Notes under the pieces: model-generated | Told to the model about the DNA's origin: nothing | Seen by the model: only the letters and a program-made list of their open reading frames with translations | Databases searched by the model: none | Translations under genes and position numbers: made by a program | Part shown: piece by piece, positions 26,481 to 39,254 of the stretch | How positions within the stretch are numbered: the stretch's first letter is position 1 | Layout of the letters: every line of letters starts with the position of its first letter | NCBI GenBank assembly: GCA_964016885.1 | Contig: OZ024742.1 | Span: 257,362,001-257,426,000 of the forward strand | Direction of reading: 5' to 3' | DNA from: Eledone cirrhosa | Lineage: Eukaryota | DNA: 64,000 nt

Positions 26481-27327
26481 CATAGAGTAACAGATAAAAG
26501 GATGGAAAAGAAAAAAGAGAAAGCTGCATGTTCAATATCTCAAATTGGCCCCCAGTCAAATATCCCCTTCTCTGATTATATAAGATATTGAAAGTGAAGT
26601 TCACCTAAACCAACCCTCATTACACACCTCTATGTTTATTTCTCTAATTTTCGTTTAAAATGTATGAGTGGGTGCTCATCTTTGATAATGAAGACAAGAC
26701 ACATATACACACATGCACACACTCACACAGGCAGAAACAGACAAACATGTATAAATGTGCGTGTGTGTGTGTGTATGGGTGTGTATGTGTGTGTAGTGTA
26801 TGTATGAGTGAGTTTAGTACATTTTTTTCTATCCACTATACTCTACCTCCTTCACGAATATTTTACATTCCGATACGTTCCTGCTAAGGATATTTTCACA
26901 AAATGCCATACGTGCATCCGAGAAGATACAGTTTTCTATTAAAAGACATGTATGGAACAAATAGACTAAATATTCAATATAATGATCATAGAATATTGAC
27001 AATATTCAGTGAATTAGTTAAGAAAGAAGAGCAAATTTAGCCCTCGTATTGAATCATTTTTCTATTTGCATCATTGCTCGCAGGTTTTTACTAAAGCACG
27101 TTCTAAGTATAATTTACATGAATTTGCCCCATTAAGAAATGTTAAGCCAATGCCTTTAATTTCGGTTATCATTCAGTTATATATTTCCATATTTCTCTCC
27201 TTCATACTGCATGAACTTCTCTGCCAAACACAGACGCATATTTATACACACACACATACATACTTATACACACCCACACACATACACATATGTATAGACA
27301 CACATATGTATACACACACATATTTAT

Positions 27328-27383
<56 letters not shown>

Positions 27384-27404
27384 TATTTTAATAAATATAT
27401 ATAT

Positions 27405-27561
27405 GTCTGACTGTAATATTGGTTTCCTTCTTTAGAATATTCACGAATTTATGAAAATCACTTTTTGCAGACTTTTCAGTATCTAAATTCCGAGCAAGGT
27501 GCATTTTACGAGTACATATATATATCTCCTACATATATATATATGTGTGTGTGTGTGTATG

Positions 27562-27652
<91 letters not shown>

Positions 27653-27873
27653 ATCCTAATGAATAAAACTTTGGGGCTAGTGGTACTTCATAAAACGCCT
27701 TTTTTATCGATTTCTATTACGATATTATTCTCCTCCGCTGTCTGACTGTAATATTGGTTTCCTTCTTTAGAATATTCACGAATTTATGAAAATGACTTTT
27801 TGCAGACTTTTCAGTGTCTAAATTCCGAGCAAGGTGCATTTTACGAGTACATATATATATCTCCTACATATAT
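27405..27873. repeat. ~135-bp direct duplication (27405-27540 / 27740-27873) around a (TA)n tract
   Basis: Near-identical GTCTGACTGTAATATTGG...CTCCTACATATAT copies. Confidence 0.9.
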
Positions 27874-27874
27874 A

Positions 27875-28043
27875 ATAATTGTTTCTACTTTTGGCACAAG
27901 GTCAGCAATTATCCTGTGCATTACTGGTAGTTTATTTTATCGACACCGGAAGGATGAATGGCAAAGTTATCCTCTGCGGGATTTGAACTCAGATCATACA
28001 GGGAGGTAACTCTATGCTTCAAAGCAGGGCATCCGACGCTCTA
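27875..28043 (-). mobile_element. tRNA-derived SINE family A
   Basis: Same core; B-box GAGTTCAAATCCC on the minus strand. Confidence 0.85.
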
Positions 28044-28070
28044 TAATAATAATATATAATAATAATAATA

Positions 28071-28679
28071 ATTGTATCCGAGTGTAAACACCTAGCCCAG
28101 ACTCACTCTAAAGGCTGGAAACATGATGTGATGGGCAGGGTGATCCACTGGCACCTATGCAAAGTAAACAATTTACCACATTCTGAGAAGTGGTATGAGC
28201 ATAAGCCAGAGTCGGTGATAGAAAACGATCAGGTGAAGGTGCTGTGGGATTTTAGGATACAGACGGACAAGAAACTGGAACACAATAGACCTGACCTGGT
28301 GGTTGTGGACAAAGAAAAAAGATCGTGCCTGATTGTGCATGTGGCCTGCCCATTCGACACGAGAGTGCAAGAGAAGGAGAGGGAGAAATTAACCGATACC
28401 AGGACTTAAAGTTGGAGGTAAACAGGATTTGGAACTGCCATGAAGTCAAAGTAGTCCAGATTGTTATAGGCGCACTAGGGACTATCTCAAAACGTTACCA
28501 GGGAGGTTAAAAGAAAATTGGCCCCGCCCCGCTTTTTGGAACACTTCAAAAGCATGCTTGCTGGGAACAGCAAGAACCCTCCGATACGTCCTAAATATCT
28601 GAGGCTGCAGGTAGTGGCTTGATATTCATTTCAACAAACTTTCCAGTTAACTAACATCAATGACTGAGACTCAAAGAAC

Positions 28680-28680
<1 letters not shown>
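28071..28680 (+). mobile_element. R4/Dong-clade LINE 3' fragment (restriction-like endonuclease), family 1
   Basis: IHWHLC...KWYEHKPESVIENDQVKVLWDFRIQTDKKLEHNRPDLVVVDK...VACPFD; bounded by (AAT)n. Confidence 0.9.
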
Positions 28681-28738
<58 letters not shown>

Positions 28739-28759
28739 TAACAATAATAATAATAATTC

Positions 28760-29419
28760 AATGTGCAGTCCTATAGCTCCAACCGAATACCTAAACAGGC
28801 ATGACAGAGCTGCACAATACATACATTGGATAATGTGTAAGCATTTTGACCTACCCCATCAAAAGAATTGGTGGGAGATTCAACCACCTCCCATACTTGA
28901 AAAAGATCACATCTCAATCTTGTGGAACTTTAGCATACAAACAGACAGAAAAATAGATGCAAATAGACCTGATATAATATTGAAGGACTTTCAAAGGAGG
29001 GTATGCCTGCTAATTGATATGTCTGTTCCAATAGACAAGAATGTATCTATAAAAACATTTGAAAAATAGAGCAATTATAAGGACCTGGAGATAGAAATTG
29101 GAAAAATGTGGAAATTGAGAACTAAAACAATACCAGTGGTTGTAGGCGCTCTGGGAATGATACCTAAGGGGTCTAACGACCACTTATCGCAAATCCCAGG
29201 AAACCCGCGTATAGGAGAAATACAAAAGATAGTACTAATGGGAACTGCCCATATACTAAGGAAGATCCTGTCAATATAAGTACATCACAAGTCTAAACAC
29301 TAAGGATGCATGTGTGAATATGTATGTTCTTTCTTGAACATGGCGGACCTTGTTGTCTCTTGAGGTCACTGGTTGTGACTTGGTGATAACTCGTATAAAC
29401 ATAAAGCAAGATAAATGCA

Positions 29420-29420
<1 letters not shown>
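28760..29420 (+). mobile_element. R4/Dong-clade LINE 3' fragment, family 2
   Basis: EYLNRHDRAAQYIHWIMC...ILWNFSIQTDRKIDANRPDIIL...LIDMSVP; bounded by (AAT)n. Confidence 0.9.
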
Positions 29421-29476
<56 letters not shown>

Positions 29477-29477
29477 G

Positions 29478-29860
29478 TATGAGGTCCTGGAAGTTAACAT
29501 CAGGCGGAGAATCCTTGTGAGGCGTGAGGAGCAAGAGAGGTATCTTCCCGGGAGATAGTTTGACCCCTCTGTTGTTTGTCCTTGCCCTGATCCCCCTGCG
29601 AATAGTGAGAGCAGGATACAAGTTGGGAAAGGGAGAGCTTACCATCAATCACCTCCTATTCATGGACGATCTTAAGCTCTTCGGGAAGAGTGAGAAGGAG
29701 TTGGATGTGCTTGTGGACACTGTCCGTATTTTCAGCTACGATATATGTATGCAATTTGGTATTAGTAAGTGTGGTGCCCTTGTTAGTTGATGTTAGTTAA
29801 CTTTCCAGTTAACTAACATCAATGACTGAGACTCAAAGAAAAATAATAATAATAATAATA
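29478..29860 (+). mobile_element. R4/Dong family 1 RT fragment fused to its 3' UTR and (AAT)n tail
   Basis: RGIFPGDSLTPLLFVLAL...INHLLFMDDLKLF; 3' UTR identical to 28638-28678. Confidence 0.85.
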
Positions 29861-30064
29861 GCTGCTAAAAAAGGGAAGAATACGCACGTGGTGGATAGAA
29901 TATTACAGAATCTCTCCCGTAAGTCTTTGATTTTTTACATATTTAAAATAATTGTGATAGAATAATTCTTTTTACATATAGGCACCAGTCTTAACCCTAA
30001 GGAAATGAGGCCAATAGTACCCTGACGTATGTCTCAAATATTTAATATTTTAGTAGACATTTTA

Positions 30065-33000
30065 TCTATATATATAAAACAGAAGATTTCTGTCTGTTAG
30101 TGTAACCGCATGCATTTCAACATTTCACAACCGATTTGCATCAACTTTTATACATAGGTTTCTGAAGTAGTAGTACGCGTCATAGGGTATTTCATTTGTC
30201 CGTACATCGATTGTGGGGGGCCCCAGGGTCCGGTAGTACCATTAAGCCTCTCCCACAACCGATTTGCACCAAATTTCATACATGGAGTCCTATTACGCGT
30301 CGTAGGCTATTTTATTTTTCCATACATCGATTGTGGGGGGGGGGGGGTTCAGGCGCAGGTGGCCCCCTTAAGCCTCTCCCTTCAACTTATCTATTGAAGT
30401 TCACATTAACACTGCATTAGTACATGATAACTTTTGAAGTTTACGTTCGATCTTCGTTTTCACTTTCAAAGCACCAATCATTGTCGGATAAAATTTCAGA
30501 AATGTAAACATCTGATTCATTTGAAGATAAATCACTAATATTATCTGCTTTTTCTTGTTCATTTCGAATGTCGTCGAGTGTAAAAACTTGAAAATCGGTA
30601 TCGCTACATTCATAAGCCATGTTGATACAAAAAAAAATTCTGTTCTACTTTCAAAGTTAAAAAAATCACGTGATGTTTTAAGTTGTTTCACTATATTATA
30701 TTTTCGTGGTAAGGGCCTAATCTCGCAGTAATCTCGAATTGACGAGATTTTGATGAAGGTATTGTTTATTTTTAGAACGATATTTAAGTGTGGGTGTTCG
30801 GGTGGTTTTGGGCGGTTTCAACAAATGAAGGAGAAATAATTTCGGCTGGTTTGAAAACTAAAGGGTTAAAGTATGTTTAGTTAATGTGTTTATGGTCATA
30901 AGGTTCCAGTTTATCATGCTGTGATTTTTCGGCCATTTTGCCTTATCATGGTAAGTACTTACTTTGCGTTGCCCCTAACTTAAAAACTGAAATTTGACTG
31001 GTACACAAAATCTTGCAAAAAATACCCACTTTCTCAGACCACATAGATTTATCACATTTTTTCACAATTTAAATCCGTGATTTTTGGCTTACTTAAACGT
31101 TATTTGTCCACTATTTATCGTTCTCCCTGGTTAATTTTCTAAAAACAATGCCCTCCAAGGAAAGACACATCATTGGTTGATTATCTAATGATGCAAGTAG
31201 GTCTAAGCGAAGGTGTCTCACCGAAAATGTAAATACAACTGCAATCAGGCTCCCACCGAATGGTGTGCAGACGGCAACTGCAAGAGCGGAGGAGGATGAT
31301 AGTCGGCGTGAACTTCGATGGAACAAAAGTGCTGCCGCGACTGCTGCTGCTTGCGCACGAGGGGATGGAGGACGACGTGCCGTTCGACGTAGCAGGGACG
31401 CCGCTGCAACATTCGCTGCACGTCACGAGATGATGAAGGAGGACGCGCAGTTGACGAAGCAGGGATGCCACTGCCACTGCTTCTGCACGAAATACTGAAA
31501 CCATAGAGCAACGACTTTGCCGACTTCTGCAAAATGAACAGCGGCGATCATCGTTATATGTCATTTTTAGGACTTGCAATTCACGATGGCTGTTGAAGGC
31601 CTTTAACTACTGCCCCTCCTCCTACTACGCCGTCCATGCAGATATTCAAATTGGGGAAATGACCTCTACTTGCCAGTTTTGGTGTACGAAAAAGTGGCCA
31701 GGGGAGAGAGATGGAATATGCTGTTCAAACGGTAAAGTTAGACTACCTCCTATTCACGACCCTCCAGAGACATTGCAACTCCTTTTGACAGACACGACGA
31801 AGGTATCATCGAAGTTTCTGCGTAATATCCTCCGCTACAATTCCGCGTTTCAGATGACATCCTTCGGAGTAAATCCTGCCTCGGAACCTTTCAAGGTCCA
31901 GGGGCAGATTTACCACTTGATTGGTTCTATTCAGCCTCTTGAAGAAAAAGGATCCTCAATTTCTTCAGTTATACTTCGTTGGAAACTATCAGGTGCAGGC
32001 AGAGATGCAAAACTCTATTTCGTTCGAAACTAACATTGGAACCATAATAAAACTTCAAGAAATGCTTCACGACAAAAACAGCTATGTTCGCAGTTTCAAG
32101 TACGCTTTGGAAACAGCCACCGACGAAAACTTTAGTGTGGTCATACATGCTGACCGAAGGCCATCTGGAGAACACGCTGGTCGGTTCAACGCACCAACAT
32201 GTAATGAGATTGCTGCGATTATTTTTGGTGAACAGCACAAGAGAGATATCATTCTAAAGCACTGAGACAGCACATTACAGCGTATCAATGAGACATACAG
32301 GTCCTAGGATGCACTCCAGTATCCATTGCTATTTGTCAACGGGGAGGACGGATAACATTTCTGCATTGCTCAACATTCGGCAGGCAATGGTGAAGCACAT
32401 CTTAGGAAAACTGTCACCTGCATGGATTTCTACGCTTTCCGATGTATGGTAAGGGACAATTCATTCAACCATCTACACCGTTCTCGGGACCTTTTACAAC
32501 AATTTGCTGTTGATATGGCCGTTAAAATGGAGTGCGGGAGATTATGGTTCATTAAATTAAATCAAAAGAAACTTTGATCTGAATGCTACATTCGTCTACG
32601 CGATGGAATTAACAACGACGTATCCCCAGACAATTTAGGGCATGTGTGTATTTTGCCTTCAACGTTCACAGGGGGACCCTGATACATGCACGAGAGTCTC
32701 AGGACGTCATGTCCTACGTACGACACTATTGGCGGCCCGGCCTTTTCATAACGTTTACATGCAATCCCAAGTAGAAGGAGATTACAAACGAACTGTTCCG
32801 CGGTCAAGCGCCAAGGCACATGCACGATCTCATAGCAAGAGCTTTTCGCCCCTGAAATTATCCAAATTAATGGATTTATTAAAGAAAGGACAGATGTTTG
32901 GGCCTGTCAGGTACGACATGTAGATGGTTGAATGGCAGAAACGAGGGCTGCCGCATGCCAATATCTTGATTTGGTTGGTTACAAAAATTAGTTCAAACTA

Positions 33001-34988
33001 CATCGACAATTTCATTTCTGCCGAACTACCTCATCTGTCGATTGACAAGGACCTCTTCTCTCTAGTCACATCAAACATAATCCATGGTACTTGCGGACAT
33101 GGACTCAATATGAAGTCCTCGTGCATACACGACGGTAAGTGTACAAAACGATATCCCAGGCCGTTTTTACAGGAGACACAGACTGGCTATGACGGATGTC
33201 CGTTGTATAGGCGCAGGAAACCTGAAGACGGTGGGTTCAGAACAAAAGTTGGTGAACGCGAAATCGACAACAGCTGGATAGTGTCATATCCCCACCCTCC
33301 TTTTGAAAGCGTTCGAATTTTGCAACTCAGTAAAATCAATTAAATACGTTTGTAAGTACGTAAACAAGGAATCAGATGCTGCCTTCTTTGGTCTTCGTCA
33401 TGAAAACTGTAGAGACGACGTAGCTGACTACCAAGCAGGCCGATACATTAGCATCAATGAAGCTTTTTGGCGCGTGTTTAGCTTCCCACTGCACCAACGA
33501 CACCCCGTCATTAAACATCTTGCCGTTCACCTTGAAAACGGTCAACGGATGTATTTCAATGATGCAACAGCTGCTCAGCTAGTGATCTCTCCAAAGGAAA
33601 CTACACTCACCGCTTTTTTTCAAATTTGACAACTCGAACTCTGATGTATTCTGAAATACCGTCTTACTATACATGGAACCGGACAAAATGGTTACGAAGG
33701 AAGGTAGGACAAGAAGTGGTTGGACATTCAGGCATCAAATTCGACAATTGCCTTGGGCGAGTTTATACAGTCCACCCTACCCGACACGAATGCTTCTACC
33801 TGCTACTTCTGCTTCATGAGGTAAGAGGGCCGGCTAGCTTCACTCATCTGAGAACCGTCGATGGATACGCGGAACGTACAGGGAATCCTGATTGAGGCGT
33901 GGACTTTTAGAAGATGACGCAAATTGGATGCAACCTTGACGGAAGCTGCCATTTCACAATCATCCCGTAGTCTAAGAGCACTTTTTGCTATGCTCTTGCA
34001 CGTCTGTGAATTGAGCGATGCTTACTCTTTATGGCGAAAGTTTAAAGATGATTTCGTAGACGAATATAGGCGTCTCGCTCAATTGCAATCTCAAAACTTA
34101 GATGTCGGCTTTTCAGACGCTATATATAAAAGAGCTCTGATCGATATTGAAGACAGAGTGGATTCAATGGGTGGAGATGTCTTGGAGAAATATGGGTTCC
34201 GCAAAAACTTCGAGATGCGCCATCTTACATTCCCAACGACATTATACGTGAAACGTCATATGTCGACGAACTCAAATGGTATGTTGAAAAGGTATGTTGA
34301 AGCAAGCCTACAACATTGTCGTTGATTCCATCCGTAATCGGGGAGGGGGTATATTCTTCCAGGATGCACCTGCAGGAACGGGCAAAACATTTGTAATCAA
34401 ACTTTTACTCGCTGCAGTGATGCAACACGGAAACATCGCATTGGCCGTGGCTTCTTCCGGTATTGCATCAAATTTGCTGCCTGGTGGCAGGACGGCCCAG
34501 CCTTCCTCTCAACGTGGGATCATCTGAGACACCCACGTGCAAAATCAGCAAGTCTTTCAGAAAAGCGCCGGTGTTAAAGCGCTTCCTACCAATTGTTTGG
34601 GACGAATGCACAATGGCCCACAGGGCGGCTTTCGGGGCATTAGAACGGTCACTCAGAGACATCAGGGACTGTCAAGAACCAATGGGAGGTGTCACTTTCC
34701 TGTTAAAATCGGATTCATCTTTGCTGGCACCACCGCCGCTAAGGTATTTCAAAGTGAACGGTAAAAGATCCTCTTTAGGGTCACCAACTTTAAATTGTTA
34801 CCATCGGATTCGTCTTTACTGGCAGCCCCGCCACAGATATATTTCAAAGTGAACGTTCAAAGGCCATCTTTAGGGCCAACAGCTATGAATTGTTCCTTCT
34901 ATAGTCGTGTTTAACGGAAGTCGTTCGGTTCATCTGAACGACTACTCCATTGAGAGTTATACCGGGCAACGCCGGGTACCTCTGCTAG
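30065..34988 (+). mobile_element. Helitron with canonical ends (A|TC ... hairpin ... CTAG|T), degenerate RepHel
   Basis: TC at 30065 after A; hairpin CCGGGCAACGCCGGG at about 34962-34976; CTAG at 34985-34988 followed by T; RepHel motifs inside. Confidence 0.9.
31148..34705 (+). pseudogene. Helitron Rep/helicase (HUH endonuclease + Pif1), frameshifted, helicase 3'-truncated
   Basis: CCSNGKV, YNSAFQMTSFG, VEWQKRGLPHANILIWL, SIKYVCKYVNKE, DAPAGTGKTF, IVWDECTM; motifs after MGGVTFLL are missing. Confidence 0.9.
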
Positions 34989-35889
34989 TAAAAAAACTAA
35001 AATTTCAACTGAGATGACGAATAATCGTTATCTATCGCTAGGCTGTCATGATGAAGCCCCAGAAATAAGCATACAACATGGCATGACTAAACTATGTGTC
35101 CCCTCCTTCCCTTCTACAAGCTCTCCCCAGCATCTAATCTATCTTCCCGATTGCTGCACCGACTTCCCATGCTGCCTCCATCACTACTCATTAGTTATTC
35201 TCCCTCTAACAACCTTAGTTGCTACTAACTCTACCCTTTATGATTTCCAGACCACCATCTCTTACCTATCTCTCCATCATATCATTGCCACCTTCCGCAT
35301 TTCCCACGTCACTACATCCTCCTCCGAATATATTATCGGCCAAACGTTCTCGTTACTCATCGCCCTTAGAATCGCTACATACATTTATCGCTACATACAT
35401 GTATTGCTCCATACATTTCTCCCTCAATGGTTGCTTAGTAATGTGACATCAAACAACAAAAAGACCGTTATAATTCAAATGTAACACTTTCTTTAACCGA
35501 AGTTATACACATTACAACTCATGACGTTCCAATAATTCTAAACATGAACATTTCTAGGCAGAGAGTATAAGAAGTAAATGACTAGCGTTAAGCTAGTATT
35601 TGGAAGATAATTTGAAACTTCTCATATAAATTTATGTTTAAATGAAAGATAAATATGATCTTTCCTTTTCCATAATTTTAAGAAAATCACTGACTATTAT
35701 TTTCAAATAACTGTGAAAATAATCACGAATTTGGAGAGATTTAGTAAATTGATTAACTGTATTGGGTAAAAGGGGCTGGAGTAGTGTGATATCATGAAGA
35801 AAGAGTATAAAATTTTATATACACTAACACAGAAATATATATTGTCAAAATTCCGCATTTACGAGATTCATCAATGCAAGATAGGAAAC

Positions 35890-37120
35890 ATGTATGTCGA
35901 TCGGAATGAAAATCATGGAAGGAGGGTATAGTAGTGGTAAGTATAGGTGATGTAAAGAGCTATTGGAAGGTAAAGAGGGTGCACATAGATTGGTCAAGTC
36001 ATACTGTATGCTTGTGTCCGGTTACTATCACCACAGCCTAGCGATGGCGCTCGCGAACATGTGTTATGTCGGTAAACTCTATACTAAGAGTCTGGCAAAG
36101 AGATGGAGGGAGATTGTTCAGTCCCAACTAGCTGATGAACAGTGTGGTTTCCTGACGCAGCACAGCCGACTAAATATTCAAACTGCGAAAGGTGTTCCAG
36201 AAATCGTTGGTGTATTGCCAAGAGGTATCTTCTTGTTTTGTCGACCTTTAAAAGGCATATCACAGCGGGACTCTGAATCTACTGTAGAAGGTTCTGCAGT
36301 TTTATGGCATCGATCGTCAGCTTCGAGCTGCTCTGATGTCGCTATACGAATGACGAATATATGTGTTTGGATAAATGGGGTTAAATCGAAACCATTCAAT
36401 ATGAAAGTCTGACTCCGCCAAAGGTGCGTACTGTAACCTTTCCTATTTAGTATTTACATGAATGGGATTAACATGTGCAACTGTGCTGGAAGTTGTATAC
36501 TGACTCGCAGGTGTAAAATCAGTCAGCTGCAATTTGCAGGCATGTTGTTACATAACTCGACAGGAAGTGATCTCCGACTTCTTCACTCGATAGGTTTGAA
36601 GCCGAGTACTGTATGGTTGGAATCAAAATCACAGCTGCGCACACTGAGACACTCATCTTCGCACGATACACAGTGGAATCTACATGTGAATGGTGTTCCA
36701 CTGGAGCAGGTAGAGAGTTTAAAGTATCTAGGGGTGGTGTTCATGAGTGATGGACGACAGGAACATGAGGTTGCTGCAAGAATTGCAGGAATTGGTTCAA
36801 TAAAGCATCAGCGTCAGCATTCAATAGCCAAACGTAGGGTGGTAGGTACTAAAGCCAAACACGCTATCCCAGTATTCGTGCAAAATATTAACAAATTTTC
36901 ATGAATCATTCGGGATAAATAGGCCGAAATGAGATTCCTACGATAGAGTACGTACCTTAGAGATCAGAGCGTCACTCCAGGTAGAGAAGGAACTTTTCCA
37001 AATTGAGAGATCACAGTTGCGATATGGTTGTGCGGTTAGAATGTCCGAGTTGTAAACGATTGTTTCTGACAGGATCCGGGGTAAGGAGTGTCTGTGAACT
37101 CTGACCCACGGCCCGTGACA
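35890..37120 (+). mobile_element. Decayed RTE LINE RT/3' fragment
   Basis: ADEQCGF, VWINGVKSKPFNMKV*LRQ, VNGVPLEQVESLKYLGVVFMSDGR; ends in (GAA)n. Confidence 0.85.
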
Positions 37121-37317
37121 AAGAAGAAGAAGAAGAAGAAGAAGAAGAAGAAGAAGAAGAAGAAGAAGAAGAAGAAGAAGAAGAAGAAGAAGAAGAAGAA
37201 GAAGAAGAAGAAGAAGAAGAAGAAGAAGAAGAAGAAGAAGAAGAAGAAGAAGAAGAAGAAGAAGAAGAAGAAGAAGAAGAAGAAGAAGAAGAAGAAGAAG
37301 AAGAAGAAGAAGAAGAA
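37121..37317. repeat. (GAA)n microsatellite, LINE tail
   Basis: Directly visible. Confidence 0.95.
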
Positions 37318-37785
37318 CTGTTCGCAAAGCTACGATGTGAAACAAGCTTGCCCCAAGTATTTAAATGATGTTGTTGTAGGATCTCCCGGAACTAACCTGA
37401 TGTTTGGAGTATAACTAGAAATTACTAATTTTAAATATATAATGGAAGGGTTTTAGATAAACACCAAGACAAATAGGATTTTATAAGATTAACATCAAGA
37501 TAAACAACATTTTATTGTCGAAAGAATGCTAGTTTCATGAGATTTTGTATCAAAAAGTAAACTGTTAAACTGAATCGCATATTTCTTTTGAAATCTTAAG
37601 TATTTCAATCTGTATTACATAATATATGGGGGTTATGGCGAATAATTTCGGAACAAGGAATTTAATCGCCGCAGAGAATGAATATTATTTGTGAGTTATT
37701 TGTGAGATATCACAAAATACATTGTTACTGTTAGTCCAATCTCTTTAGTTCATTTGATATATAAACCCACAATATGATGATACTG

Positions 37786-37846
<61 letters not shown>

Positions 37847-37924
37847 GTAATAAAAAATGTGAAGACTAAAATACAAAGAGGGCTCGATAAGGATAAATAT
37901 ATATCAAATATATAAGAACCGTAG

Positions 37925-38100
37925 AGCAAATATTTATTAAAATAACAGATTAAAATTTAAGCAAAGCATCGCTGCTTTCACCCTTAACGGGATCTTCTGA
38001 AACTAAAAATATAAATCTGTGAACACAGAAGTAAATATTTCGAAAAACGTTGCAACCCGAGGAAGACAGGAAGACGATACTTTGGTTCATGGAAACGTTC
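37925..38100. repeat. Interspersed repeat shared in inverted orientation with ~54035-54190
   Basis: GTTTCAGAAGATCCCGTTAAG..GAAAGCA.CGAT.CTTTGCTTAAA and CATGAACCAAAGTAT.GTCTTCCTGT present in both. Confidence 0.7.
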
Positions 38101-38103
38101 CAT

Positions 38104-38368
38104 GGCAAAGAACGGAAAAAAACGAAGATAATACGTCATTATTTGGAACGTTGAAAACAATTACACGCAAAGACAAAACCACGTTTATGGTGTAAATGAA
38201 GTCGTAGACTAATATTCTATTAGGTAGTTCTTGTAGACGTACTCTAGCAATGAACGGAAAAAACGAACATAATACGTCATTATGTGGATCGGTGAGAACA
38301 ATTACACGCAAAGACAAATCCACAGTTACGGTATAATTGAAGTCTTAGTCGAAAATTCTATATAGGAA
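38104..38368. repeat. Diverged tandem duplication, ~143-bp period
   Basis: GAACGGAAAAAA..ATAATACGTCATTAT..ACAATTACACGCAAAGACAAA occurs twice. Confidence 0.8.
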
Positions 38369-39254
38369 ACCGAATGATTCTCGGTTTCAGAGTTAAGAAT
38401 AATCTAAATAAATTACAGAGGTAATTGAAATTAAATATATACATGCACGCATCCATATACGTACATACACATGCATACGCGAAAACACCGGCCATGAATA
38501 TGCTAAAACAAGCACGTACACAAAGAAAACACGCACGCACATACAGAACCTACGCAACGCCTGTACCGGCGCACATACGAACTTATACACCAAATACACC
38601 TAAACATATATATAAAATAAGATACATATATATGTGTCTGTGCGTGTATACATATAATTACATAAACGTATATAAATATACACACATAAATACGTATATA
38701 ACGCGCGCACACACATACCTACGTGTAAATGCACATATGTTCGCAGACTACGTCAACCAAAACACAAAGTACACACATACACACACCTTTCATACGTACG
38801 AACCCGCATACTCACACAGACGCAAAACTCACGTATGCACATAACCATATGCACATGATAAATATATATATGTGGAAACACAACAGTTCGTTCATCATAC
38901 CGAGAACAATTGTTTCACGTTAGCGGATCCTCATCTCGTAATGGTCATGGTTATACGGAACAGGAAGTAGAACCGTATGAACGCGCTTGCGCAGAAACAG
39001 TCACTTCACCCAGGCTATCCAAAACTGCGAGCGAGAGGTGTAAGGGAGATAACTAAGAAAGTCCAAAATGTTCTAATGGAAAGGAAAATTAGGATGTTAT
39101 TCAATCCGGAGCTTTGTAGTTATGTAAGAGGTGTTTCCGACATGTGGACAATCTGTGAAGATTTCATTACTTGAGTTTAGGCAATCCCTTGTGTTTAAGC
39201 AATCTTTAGAATATTTATCCGTTCATCAATACATAGTCCAGAAGACGGATTACA

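Noticed and set aside
35014-35484. 156-aa ORF after Helitron 1
   Set aside because: Pyrimidine-skewed sequence with no recognisable motif; probably a decayed repeat.
37961-38003. Hammerhead-like CAGAAGA-stem-GAAA-stem on the minus strand (homolog at ~54118)
   Set aside because: The core has U4A in both copies, there is no stem I pairing, and the stems are not conserved in the homolog.
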